Shown piece after piece: positions 45,508-53,653 of a DNA stretch of 64,000 nt. The stretch lies in the NCBI GenBank assembly GCA_902580335.1, contig CACHKE010000004.1, positions 26,112 through 90,111 of the forward strand, read 5' to 3'. Source of the stretch: an uncultured Pelagibacteraceae bacterium (GTDB lineage: Bacteria; Pseudomonadota; Alphaproteobacteria; Pelagibacterales; Pelagibacteraceae). The position numbers were made by a program, and so were the translations under genes. Numbering within the stretch: the stretch's first letter is position 1; every line of letters begins with the position of its first letter. The notes beneath the pieces were generated by a model, which had not been told where the DNA came from, made no database searches, and saw nothing but the letters and a program-made list of their open reading frames with translations.

Positions 45508-46163
45508 TTTTTTTCTAAAAATAACTTTTTAACAATAAGTACAGCAATTAACATTCCAATAAGCTCAGCTAAAATATAATAAGGAGTATTTAAATAACTA
45601 ATACCAGTAAAAGATTCTGTAAATGTTCTAGCAATAGCAACCGCAGGATTTGCAAAAGAAGTTGAAGAAGTAAACCAATAACCTGCAGTAATGTAAAGCC
45701 CAACACTAGCAGCAACAGCAATTTTACCTGACTTCATAGCCCCAAAAATTATCACTATAAGTCCTAATGTTGCTATCACTTCAGATGTTAGTATATAAAT
45801 CCCATCTCTTGATTTAGTAGATAATTCATAAATTTCATGTTCAAAAAAGAAATTGGCTAAACCAACACCAATCAAGCAACCAACCAATTGAGCAATGATA
45901 TAGTAGGGTAATAGTTTCCTTTTTAATTTGCCTGTTATTGCCATTGCGATACTTACAAATGGATTAAAGTGAGCTCCTGATACATCAGCAAATACTGTAA
46001 TAAGCACAAATAAACCTGCTCCTGTTGCTATAGTATTAGCTATTAACATCACAGCAACATCATTAGTTAAGTTTTCAGCCATTAAACCTGAACCAACAAT
46101 AATCATTACTAAAAAACAACTGCCTAATAATTCAGCAAGAAAATAGCGGCTTTTATTTTTCAT
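45504..46163 (-). CDS. MIP/aquaglyceroporin, arsenic-associated AqpS type
   Basis: SGAHFNPF and YWFTSSTSFANPAVA, characteristic of ars-linked MIPs; adjacent to arsC. Confidence 0.88.
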   Translation of the reverse strand: MKNKSRYFLAELLGSCFLVMIIVGSGLMAENLTNDVAVMLIANTIATGAGLFVLITVFADVSGAHFNPFVSIAMAITGKLKRKLLPYYIIAQLVGCLIGVGLANFFFEHEIYELSTKSRDGIYILTSEVIATLGLIVIIFGAMKSGKIAVAASVGLYITAGYWFTSSTSFANPAVAIARTFTESFTGISYLNTPYYILAELIGMLIAVLIVKKLFLEKN

Positions 46164-46584
46164 AAATCAGTTCCTTTATTCTTTTATAAATATTATTGTA
46201 AACTTCTTCTATTATTTCATCTTTTTTATTTAAGTCGTTTGTTTCATCAAGTAATTTGACAGGATCCTCTATATCCCAATGAATTATCTGATCTTTATTT
46301 GGCCAAATAGGACAGACTTCGTTATTGGCATTATTACAAACTGTAATCACATAATCCATTTTAATTTGACCATTAATAAACTCATTAAAATTTTTAGATC
46401 TATAATTTGAAAGATCATAATGTTTTGACAATAAATAATTCTTCACATCCTCATTAATTTTTCCTGTTGGATTACTCCCAGCACTAAAACCTTTATACTT
46501 ATCGTCATACTCGTTGTTTATTATACTTTCAGCAATAATACTTCTTGCTGAATTACCTGTGCATACAAACAAAATATTCTTCAT
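46153..46584 (-). CDS. arsC: Arsenate reductase, LMW-PTP fold (thioredoxin type)
   Basis: CTGNSARS P-loop, SAGS, VCNNANNEVCP-WP redox Cys pair, HW-I-DP. Confidence 0.92.
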   Translation of the reverse strand: MKNILFVCTGNSARSIIAESIINNEYDDKYKGFSAGSNPTGKINEDVKNYLLSKHYDLSNYRSKNFNEFINGQIKMDYVITVCNNANNEVCPIWPNKDQIIHWDIEDPVKLLDETNDLNKKDEIIEEVYNNIYKRIKELIYEK

Positions 46585-46806
46585 TTAAAAAATAATCTTA
46601 TAAATTCCAATAACAAATAATGGAATTTGTAATCCAAAGTTAGTGAGTATCGCCTTATCTTTGCTAACAAATCCAGCGATAGTCCATCCAATAACTCCTA
46701 ATCCATGAAAATATATATTTAAAGGATATATATTTAAGTTTGTAAGAAGTATTCCTACTAAAACTAAAAAAGTACTGATCCACTTTAGATATTTTTTTAT
46801 AAACAT
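46585..46806 (-). CDS. Small three-helix membrane protein (DUF6552/PnuC-SemiSWEET-like)
   Basis: 73 aa, three hydrophobic segments, KW...NIYPLN...W...D-A pattern; AGGAG RBS; family call from memory. Confidence 0.7.
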   Translation of the reverse strand: MFIKKYLKWISTFLVLVGILLTNLNIYPLNIYFHGLGVIGWTIAGFVSKDKAILTNFGLQIPLFVIGIYKIIF

Positions 46807-46827
46807 ATTTTCTCCTTCTTATTAATT

Positions 46828-46856
46828 ATTACATTAATGTTACAAATTTATTAAGA
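46828..46856 (-). promoter_or_regulatory. Pho-box-like triple repeat upstream of the ars operon
   Basis: Minus strand TCTTAAT-AAAT-TTGTAAC-ATTA-ATGTAAT, 11-bp period, same variant as at pstS and plcP. Confidence 0.6.
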
Positions 46857-46866
46857 TGTAACAGTA

Positions 46867-47205
46867 TTAGAGAAAATTTGTTATATATTTATGAATAAAG
46901 AAACCAACAACTAAAAATCCTAAGCCTGTGCCATAAATTAGGAAGAAATTCATATTAAATGATTTTGCAAAAAAGAAGGGTAAAAAAAATAAATAACTCA
47001 CAGGTACCGCTACTAGTATGCTCTTAGTAAAAAGAATTGTTTTTTCTATATCATTATGCTCATAATAGGAAAAAGCTATAGCTATGAGTGATACAAGAGG
47101 TAAGGCGATAATAAAACCTGCAAGTTTTGGATTTTGACCCGAAAGCCAACTAGCAAAGGCAATTATAATTGCAGCAAGAACAATCTTTAAGGTAAAAAAT
47201 ATCAT
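46867..47205 (-). CDS. Small 4-TM membrane protein (DUF3147/GlpM-like)
   Basis: AGFIIALPLVS motif, four TMs. Confidence 0.65.
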   Translation of the reverse strand: MIFFTLKIVLAAIIIAFASWLSGQNPKLAGFIIALPLVSLIAIAFSYYEHNDIEKTILFTKSILVAVPVSYLFFLPFFFAKSFNMNFFLIYGTGLGFLVVGFFIHKYITNFL

Positions 47206-47245
47206 TAATGATTTAATTTTATTAAAAAAATATCATTAATGATAT
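47194..47245. repeat. 19-bp direct repeat AAAAAATATCATTAATGAT x2, each containing palindrome ATCATTAATGAT
   Basis: Copies at 47194-47212 and 47225-47243 (31-bp period); the second extends to the 16-bp palindrome ATATCATTAATGATAT. Confidence 0.75.
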
Positions 47246-47249
47246 GATT

Positions 47250-47657
47250 TTATTTAAGTGTGCATTTTTTGCATAAACCAAAAAACTCAAGATTATATTT
47301 ACTGTATTTCATACCATCTTTGTCTTTAAAGTTTGCTAAGTATTTTGAAAGACCTGCGCTACTTATTTCTGTTACTTTTTCACAAATCTCACAGATTGAA
47401 AACGCAGTAGCTTTAGCCACCTGACAACTTGAATTATGACATGCAATAAAGGCATTTCTACTTTCAATTTTATGAATTTTACCTATTTCAACTAACTTAT
47501 CTAATGCTCGATAAACTTGCAGAGGAGCTTTAATACCTTTTTTTTGAACATTATAGAGTATTGAGTAGGCCTTAAGTGGCTGAGATGATTTATCAATTAA
47601 ATCAAAAATAATTTTCTGATTTTTGGTGAGATTATGTTCTTTGTGCATTTTATTCAT
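47250..47657 (-). CDS. zur: Fur-family zinc uptake regulator
   Basis: LTKNQ, P-QVYRAL, HKIES-NAF, two CxxC motifs; downstream of znuCB. Confidence 0.92.
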   Translation of the reverse strand: MNKMHKEHNLTKNQKIIFDLIDKSSQPLKAYSILYNVQKKGIKAPLQVYRALDKLVEIGKIHKIESRNAFIACHNSSCQVAKATAFSICEICEKVTEISSAGLSKYLANFKDKDGMKYSKYNLEFFGLCKKCTLK

Positions 47658-47672
47658 TTTACTGATTCCTCA

Positions 47673-48476
47673 TTAGTTTTTCAATTTAATTGATTGTTTG
47701 ATATTAAATAATGAAAGTATGAACAAAAATAATGCTGCCGTTATAATTGATGGACCCGAGGAGGTATTAAATTCCAAGGATGTAAATAATCCTAAAATTA
47801 CTGACAGAAGACCTCCAATGATTGAATAGATAACCATTCTTTGTGGACTAGACGAAATATTTCTAGCCATTGCAGCTGGTATGATTAGCATTCCTGTTAT
47901 TAATAACAAACCAACCATTTTAATTGATATAGCAATAATTGCAGCCATCAATATTGTGAATATTGCTTTTGCTCTATCAGGATTTAAACCTTCTGCTTCA
48001 GCTAACTCATAGTTTACTGTGGATGCGAATAAAGGTTTCCAAATTAATTTTAAAATTAACAGAATTATTGCTCCTCCAACCCATATTATTAATAGATCAT
48101 CAACTGTAACAGCTAATATATCTCCAAATAATAATCCCATAATGTCAAATCTGATAAATGTTAAGAAACCAATAACAACAAGTCCTACGGCTAAAGATGA
48201 GTGAGCTAAAAGCCCTAATAATGCATCTCCTGGAAGATTAGTTCTTTTTTGAAGTTGTATTAATGTTAAAGCAATTAAAGATGAGATTATAAATACAGAT
48301 AACGCAATATTAAATTCCATTGTAAATGCTAATGTTACTCCCAATAAAGCCGAGTGGGCCAACGTATCACCAAAATAAGATAATCTTCTCCAAATTACAA
48401 AACAACCAAGAGGCCCTGTAACGAAAGCAACTCCAATTCCAGCAACCAATGCTCTTATAAAAAAATCGTCGAACAT
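47673..48476 (-). CDS. znuB: Zinc ABC permease
   Basis: WRRLSYFGDTLAH, LLFGDILAV. Confidence 0.95.
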   Translation of the reverse strand: MFDDFFIRALVAGIGVAFVTGPLGCFVIWRRLSYFGDTLAHSALLGVTLAFTMEFNIALSVFIISSLIALTLIQLQKRTNLPGDALLGLLAHSSLAVGLVVIGFLTFIRFDIMGLLFGDILAVTVDDLLIIWVGGAIILLILKLIWKPLFASTVNYELAEAEGLNPDRAKAIFTILMAAIIAISIKMVGLLLITGMLIIPAAMARNISSSPQRMVIYSIIGGLLSVILGLFTSLEFNTSSGPSIITAALFLFILSLFNIKQSIKLKN

Positions 48477-49223
48477 TTAATTTTTCTTAATTTTACCCTC
48501 ATCAGTATGAATATGATCATGTCTATGTTCATATCTTGATAATATCTGTGAAGCTTGTTCACCAAACAAAGCCTTATATTCATTATTTTTTGCGACATCC
48601 ATGGGTGTCCCTGAGCAGCATACATGACCATTTAAGCAAACAACATGGTCTGTAGCACTCATTACAGTATGTAAATCATGAGAAATTAATAAGATACCAC
48701 AATTCAATTCATCAGAAATTCTCTTTATAAGTTCATATAAAGCTATCTCACCTGTAAAATCTACACCTTGAACTGGCTCATCAAGAACTAACAATTCTGG
48801 TTTTTTTGAAATAGCTCTTGCTAGCAATACTCTTTGAAACTCACCACCCGATAAATCACCTAAATTTTTATCTTTTAAATGAATAACACCAGTTAATGAT
48901 AGTGCCTCATCAATTATTTCATTTTTTAAACTTTCAGTTAATACCATAAAATCATTGACCCTAAGTGGTAAAGTCCAATCAATTGAAATTTTTTGTGGAA
49001 CATAACCAATTTTATTTGTGTATTTTTCTACTTCTCCCTCAATTTTTTTATAAATTCCTAAAGCAATTTTAGCCGTTGTACTTTTTCCTGATCCATTAGG
49101 TCCTATTAAAGTAACTATTTTACCTTTTTCAACTTGAAGGGAAACTCCTTGAACGAGCCATTTATCGTTTATTTTAAAACCAGCGTCTTTTAATTTGACC
49201 AATATATTTTGATTAGCATTCAT
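48477..49223 (-). CDS. znuC: Zinc ABC ATPase
   Basis: GPNGSGKST, LSGGEFQR, HVCCSGTP, His-rich tail. Confidence 0.95.
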   Translation of the reverse strand: MNANQNILVKLKDAGFKINDKWLVQGVSLQVEKGKIVTLIGPNGSGKSTTAKIALGIYKKIEGEVEKYTNKIGYVPQKISIDWTLPLRVNDFMVLTESLKNEIIDEALSLTGVIHLKDKNLGDLSGGEFQRVLLARAISKKPELLVLDEPVQGVDFTGEIALYELIKRISDELNCGILLISHDLHTVMSATDHVVCLNGHVCCSGTPMDVAKNNEYKALFGEQASQILSRYEHRHDHIHTDEGKIKKN

Positions 49224-49243
49224 TATATCACTTGACTTATAAA

Positions 49244-49276
49244 CGTTATATTATTACATAGTGTTATATTATAACA
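49244..49276. promoter_or_regulatory. Tandem Zur boxes in the divergent znuC/znuA promoter
   Basis: CGTTATATTATTACA (49244-49258) and the perfect TGTTATA-T-TATAACA (49262-49276). Confidence 0.88.
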
Positions 49277-49293
49277 ACTAAAAAAATTAAACT

Positions 49294-50358
49294 ATGAAAA
49301 CTATTAAAAAAATCCCATTATTAATATCACTTTTATCATTCCTAACAATTTTTTCACCTGTTAATGCTGAAGTTAAGGTAGTAGCTTCAATAAAACCAAT
49401 TCATTCACTCGCAAGCTATTTGATGGACGGTATTGGTAAACCAGATTTAATAGTTGATGGCTACGCATCACCTCATGGATTTGCACTTAAACCATCGCAT
49501 GCAAAAATGATCCAAAATGCAGATATTATTTTTTGGGTAGGTGAAGACATAGAAAGTTTTTTAGAAAAACCATTAAAATCTATTGCAAAAAAAGCTGAAA
49601 AAATTGAATTAATGGAAATTAAAGGGATAACCAAACTTAAGTTTAGAGAAAGAAATATTTTTGAAGATCATGACGATCATGGTCATAAAGAGGATGATCA
49701 TGATGATCATGCTAAAAAAGAAGACGATCATGATGACCACGATCATGATAAAAAAGAGAAAGAACATGGTCATGACGAACATGATCATGACAAAGAAAGT
49801 CATAAAGAAGACGACCATGATGATCACGGCCATGGACATGAAGGACATGCTCATGGTGAGTACGATCCGCACATTTGGTTAGATCCAATGAATGCAAAAG
49901 TTATTTTAAGCGAAATGGCAGAGCACTTGATTGAGAATGATCCAAAAAATACTGACAAATATAAAGAAAATTTAAAAAAAGCACATAAAGATTTAGATAA
50001 GTTAACTAAGAAAGTAAAATCTGAATTAAATAAAGATTTTAAATCAATAGTATTCCATGATGCGTATCAATATTTTGAAGAGAGATTTGGTGTTAATATT
50101 TTAGGCGCGTTTACAGTAAATACAGATGTTATGCCCGGTGCTGAGCAATTGGCTGAAATTAGAGAAGTAATTGAGCATGATAAAGTAAGCTGTATATTTT
50201 CAGAGCCACAGTTTAACCCTGATATTATTAAGGCTGTAGCAAAAGATACTAACATTGCAACAGGCGTAATTGATCCATTAGGGGCAACACTTAACCCTGG
50301 CAAAGATCTATACTTCGATTTAATTGGCAATATGTCTAAATCTTTTAAAGGCTGTTAA
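49294..50358 (+). CDS. znuA: Zinc ABC substrate-binding protein with a long His/Asp-rich loop
   Basis: SIKP, SPH, DPHIWLDP, FHDAYQYFE, EPQF. Confidence 0.96.
   Translation: MKTIKKIPLLISLLSFLTIFSPVNAEVKVVASIKPIHSLASYLMDGIGKPDLIVDGYASPHGFALKPSHAKMIQNADIIFWVGEDIESFLEKPLKSIAKKAEKIELMEIKGITKLKFRERNIFEDHDDHGHKEDDHDDHAKKEDDHDDHDHDKKEKEHGHDEHDHDKESHKEDDHDDHGHGHEGHAHGEYDPHIWLDPMNAKVILSEMAEHLIENDPKNTDKYKENLKKAHKDLDKLTKKVKSELNKDFKSIVFHDAYQYFEERFGVNILGAFTVNTDVMPGAEQLAEIREVIEHDKVSCIFSEPQFNPDIIKAVAKDTNIATGVIDPLGATLNPGKDLYFDLIGNMSKSFKGC
49663..49858 (+). repeat. Low-complexity GAT/CAT/GAC repeats encoding the ZnuA His-rich loop
   Basis: Repeated KEDDHDDH units. Confidence 0.85.
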
Positions 50359-50400
50359 ATAAAAATTGATCTTTAACCATTAATAATATCTAATATTGGG

Positions 50401-51399
50401 ATGAGTACCGTTTCCCTCACATTAGATGAAATTTTTGATTTAGCTAAAAAGACTTTACTAGCTAATGGCTGTGATGATGAAACAGCATCTATTCTCTCTG
50501 ATTTAATAAGAAATGCTGAAAGAGATGGATCTTTATCTCATGGTTTGTTTAGGTTGCCTGCATATGTGAGTGGTTTAAAAAGTGGAAAAATTAATGGCAA
50601 AGGAAAACCTGAAGTAAAAAAAATTTCAGCATCAGTAATAAAAGTTCTAGGGAATAATTGTTTAGCCCCTGTAGTTTTAAATAAAGGATTACCTGAATTA
50701 GCAAAAGCTGCAAAAGAAAATGGAGTGGCCGTACTTGCTATAAATAACTCTCATCATATGGCTGCGATGTGGCCAGAGACAGAAAAATTAGCAGAGGAAG
50801 GTTTAGTTGCTTTTGCTTGCACATCATACAAGCCTGCTGTAGCACCCGCTGGAGCTATCAAACCGTTGTTTGGAACAAATCCAATTTCTTTTGCCTGGCC
50901 ACGACCAGGAAAAACTCCTGTAGTTTACGATATGGCAACTGCATCAATGGCCATGGGTGAAGTTCAAGTTGCTAAAAGAGAAGGGCATAAAGTTCCACTT
51001 GGAACTGGTTTAACTAAAGATGGTAAAGAAACAACAGATCCAGGAGCAATAGCGGACGGAGGTGTATTACTTCCTTTTGGTGGATATAAAGGTTCTGCAA
51101 TAGCTATGATGGTAGAATTAATGGCTGGCGCATTAGTTGGTGATAATTTTAGCTTTGAGACATCTGAAAAAGATAATAATGACGGCGGACCTCCTAGTGG
51201 TGGAGAATTTATTCTTGCAATTTCGCCTGATAAAACTTCAGGAACCGATTGGCAAAAACATGCTGATGAATTTTTTAACAAAATGAAATCCTTTGAAGGA
51301 GTTAGACTTCCAGGGGAAAGAAGACACAAAAATAGATCAGATAAGGGCCCTCGTCATATTAATGAAGAGCTGGTTAATAAAATAAAATCTTTAAGCTAA
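50401..51399 (+). CDS. Ldh_2 (malate/L-lactate/sulfolactate dehydrogenase-like) oxidoreductase, DpkA-like
   Basis: SHGLFRLP, SHHMAAMWP, GTNPISF, PFGGYKG, RLPG. Confidence 0.85.
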   Translation: MSTVSLTLDEIFDLAKKTLLANGCDDETASILSDLIRNAERDGSLSHGLFRLPAYVSGLKSGKINGKGKPEVKKISASVIKVLGNNCLAPVVLNKGLPELAKAAKENGVAVLAINNSHHMAAMWPETEKLAEEGLVAFACTSYKPAVAPAGAIKPLFGTNPISFAWPRPGKTPVVYDMATASMAMGEVQVAKREGHKVPLGTGLTKDGKETTDPGAIADGGVLLPFGGYKGSAIAMMVELMAGALVGDNFSFETSEKDNNDGGPPSGGEFILAISPDKTSGTDWQKHADEFFNKMKSFEGVRLPGERRHKNRSDKGPRHINEELVNKIKSLS

Positions 51400-52167
51400 A
51401 GTAATTTCTATTGGGGTATGGTCCGAAGGTTTTTCACGGCCTCTTGGATCTTTATTAATATTAATACTTTTAACTTGGTCTATTAAAGAATTTGAAACTA
51501 AAAAATGATCTATTCTCATTCCATTGTTTTTTTGCCATGCACCTCTCATATAATCCCAAAAAGTATATCCTTCTTTAGTTTCATTAAAATGTCTATAAAC
51601 ATCATTAAATCCTAGATTAATCATTTCTCTTAATTTTTTTCTTATTTCTAATCTAAATAGAGCATCATCTTCAAAGCTTTTTGGATTATAGACATCCTCA
51701 GCTGCAGGAATAATATTAAAATCACCACCAAGAATTATATTTTGATTTTTTTTGGTTAAAGCTTTTAATTGTTTAATTAAATCATCAAGCCATTTTTTTT
51801 TGTAATCATATTTTTCAGTATCAACAGGATTACCATTTGGTGTATAGATATTGATTAACTGAATATTTTTCTTTTTGTGTTCAAGTTCAGCTGAGATTAT
51901 TCTTGATTGTTTTAGTTTATCTTTGATTAAGTCTGTTTTAACATTTTTTAATTTTCCTTTTGAAATAATAGCAACACCATTGTAACTTTTTTGACCAAAT
52001 ACATGACTTTCATAGTCCATTGAGGAAAAATCATCATAAGGAAAGTTTACATCCTCAGTTTTAATTTCTTGCATCATCACAACATCAGGTTTGTATTTTA
52101 GTAGATAACTTTTGATATTTTCAATACGTGCTCGCACAGAATTTACATTCCACGAGGAAATAATCAT
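51391..52167 (-). CDS. xth: Exodeoxyribonuclease III (start moved to ATG 52167)
   Basis: SWNVNSVRAR, QEIK, YNGVAI, GDFN, RIDH, SDHTP. Confidence 0.96.
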   Translation of the reverse strand: MIISSWNVNSVRARIENIKSYLLKYKPDVVMMQEIKTEDVNFPYDDFSSMDYESHVFGQKSYNGVAIISKGKLKNVKTDLIKDKLKQSRIISAELEHKKKNIQLINIYTPNGNPVDTEKYDYKKKWLDDLIKQLKALTKKNQNIILGGDFNIIPAAEDVYNPKSFEDDALFRLEIRKKLREMINLGFNDVYRHFNETKEGYTFWDYMRGAWQKNNGMRIDHFLVSNSLIDQVKSININKDPRGREKPSDHTPIEITLA

Positions 52168-52484
52168 TAAAGAGAAAACGAAACACCACAACCACAAGAA
52201 GATTTGGTTTGCGGATTAGTTATTTTGAATTGTTCACCAATTAATTCAGAAACATAGTCTATTTCTGATCCTTTTAATAAATCTGCAGAGGTTTTATCTA
52301 TCAATATATTTTCATAATTTAAATCATCGGCTGCTTTTTCTTTGTCAAAAGTAAATTCATATTGGAAGCCTGAGCAACCACCACCTTTGATAGCGATTCT
52401 AAAAAACGACCCTTTGTCTTTTTTAGACAGCAAAACATTGATCTGTTTTAGAGCCTTATCAGTAAATTTAATTTCTTTAATCAT
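52167..52484 (-). CDS. erpA: A-type Fe-S carrier (ErpA/IscA)
   Basis: GGGCSGFQY, CGCGVSF. Confidence 0.9.
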   Translation of the reverse strand: MIKEIKFTDKALKQINVLLSKKDKGSFFRIAIKGGGCSGFQYEFTFDKEKAADDLNYENILIDKTSADLLKGSEIDYVSELIGEQFKITNPQTKSSCGCGVSFSL

Positions 52485-52534
52485 TATTGATCACTGGTAT
52501 TACTAATATAATACTTAAATTTTAATTTTAAAGG

Positions 52535-53653
52535 ATGAAAAAATACTCAAAGATTGCTCTTACTAAAAGCAAAGGAAGAATATTCAAAGAATCTGTATCA
52601 AAATATAGATCGCCATTTCAAAGAGATAGAGATCGAATAGTTCACAGCGCCTCATTTCGAAGGCTCAAACACAAGACACAAGTATTTGTAAACACAGAAG
52701 GTGATCATTACAGAACAAGATTAACCCATTCAATGGAAGTTGCTCAAATTGCGCGATCTATTGCAAGATATCTTGAATTGAATGAAGATCTAGCTGAAAC
52801 CTTAAGTTTGGCACATGATTTGGGCCACCCACCTTTTGGTCATGCTGGCGAGGACTCTCTTAATGAATGTATGGAAGATTATGGAGGCTTTGATCATAAT
52901 TTACAAACTCTTCGTGTGGTTATGTTTTTGGAGAATAAATATTTTAAGTATAGTGGATTAAATCTTTCAATTGAAACCTTAGAGGGATTGCTTAAGCATA
53001 ATGGTCCTGTTTATGAATTAGATTTAGTTGACAGTCTTATTGGGGTAAAAAAATTCAATCATAAGATTAATTTTGAGACTTATCCATCATTAGAGGCTCA
53101 AGTTTCAGCTATTTCAGATGATATAGCTTATAACAATCATGATATTCAAGATGGTATAAATGCAAATTTATTTAAACTAGAGGAGTTAATTGAAATTAAC
53201 TTTTTTAAAGATATTTATAAAAAATATAAAAAAAAGATAAACAAACATAACTATAAAATTGCAACATATCAGATTATAAGAGATTCTATTGATCAAATGA
53301 TTAGAGATTTAATTAAAAATACCAAAACTAATTTGAAGATTAATAAAATAAAAAATTATAAAGATATTACTAAAGCAAATTTAACAATGGTAGATTTTTC
53401 TGAAAAAGTCAAAGATTCTGTGGATGAAATAAGATTTTTTTTAAAAACAAAGATGTATAATAATAATGCAGTTCTGAAAAAAAACGATAATGGCAAATTA
53501 ATAATTAAAAAACTGTTTAATAAAATACAAAAAAACCCTAAAAAATTTATTTCAAAAGATCATCTCTCAAAGAATAAATATAGAGCAATTTCAGATTTTA
53601 TATCAGGAATGACAGACAGATATGCAATCAACCTTCACAAAAACTTTAAATGA
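52535..53653 (+). CDS. dgt: dGTP triphosphohydrolase
   Basis: RDRDRI, RTRLTHS, HDLGHPPFGHAGE, GMTD. Confidence 0.95.
   Translation: MKKYSKIALTKSKGRIFKESVSKYRSPFQRDRDRIVHSASFRRLKHKTQVFVNTEGDHYRTRLTHSMEVAQIARSIARYLELNEDLAETLSLAHDLGHPPFGHAGEDSLNECMEDYGGFDHNLQTLRVVMFLENKYFKYSGLNLSIETLEGLLKHNGPVYELDLVDSLIGVKKFNHKINFETYPSLEAQVSAISDDIAYNNHDIQDGINANLFKLEELIEINFFKDIYKKYKKKINKHNYKIATYQIIRDSIDQMIRDLIKNTKTNLKINKIKNYKDITKANLTMVDFSEKVKDSVDEIRFFLKTKMYNNNAVLKKNDNGKLIIKKLFNKIQKNPKKFISKDHLSKNKYRAISDFISGMTDRYAINLHKNFK

Noticed and set aside
49609-49897. Three Met/His-rich alternative-frame ORFs and a repeat array
   Set aside because: By-products of the ZnuA His-loop codons; no repeat-spacer structure, so not CRISPR
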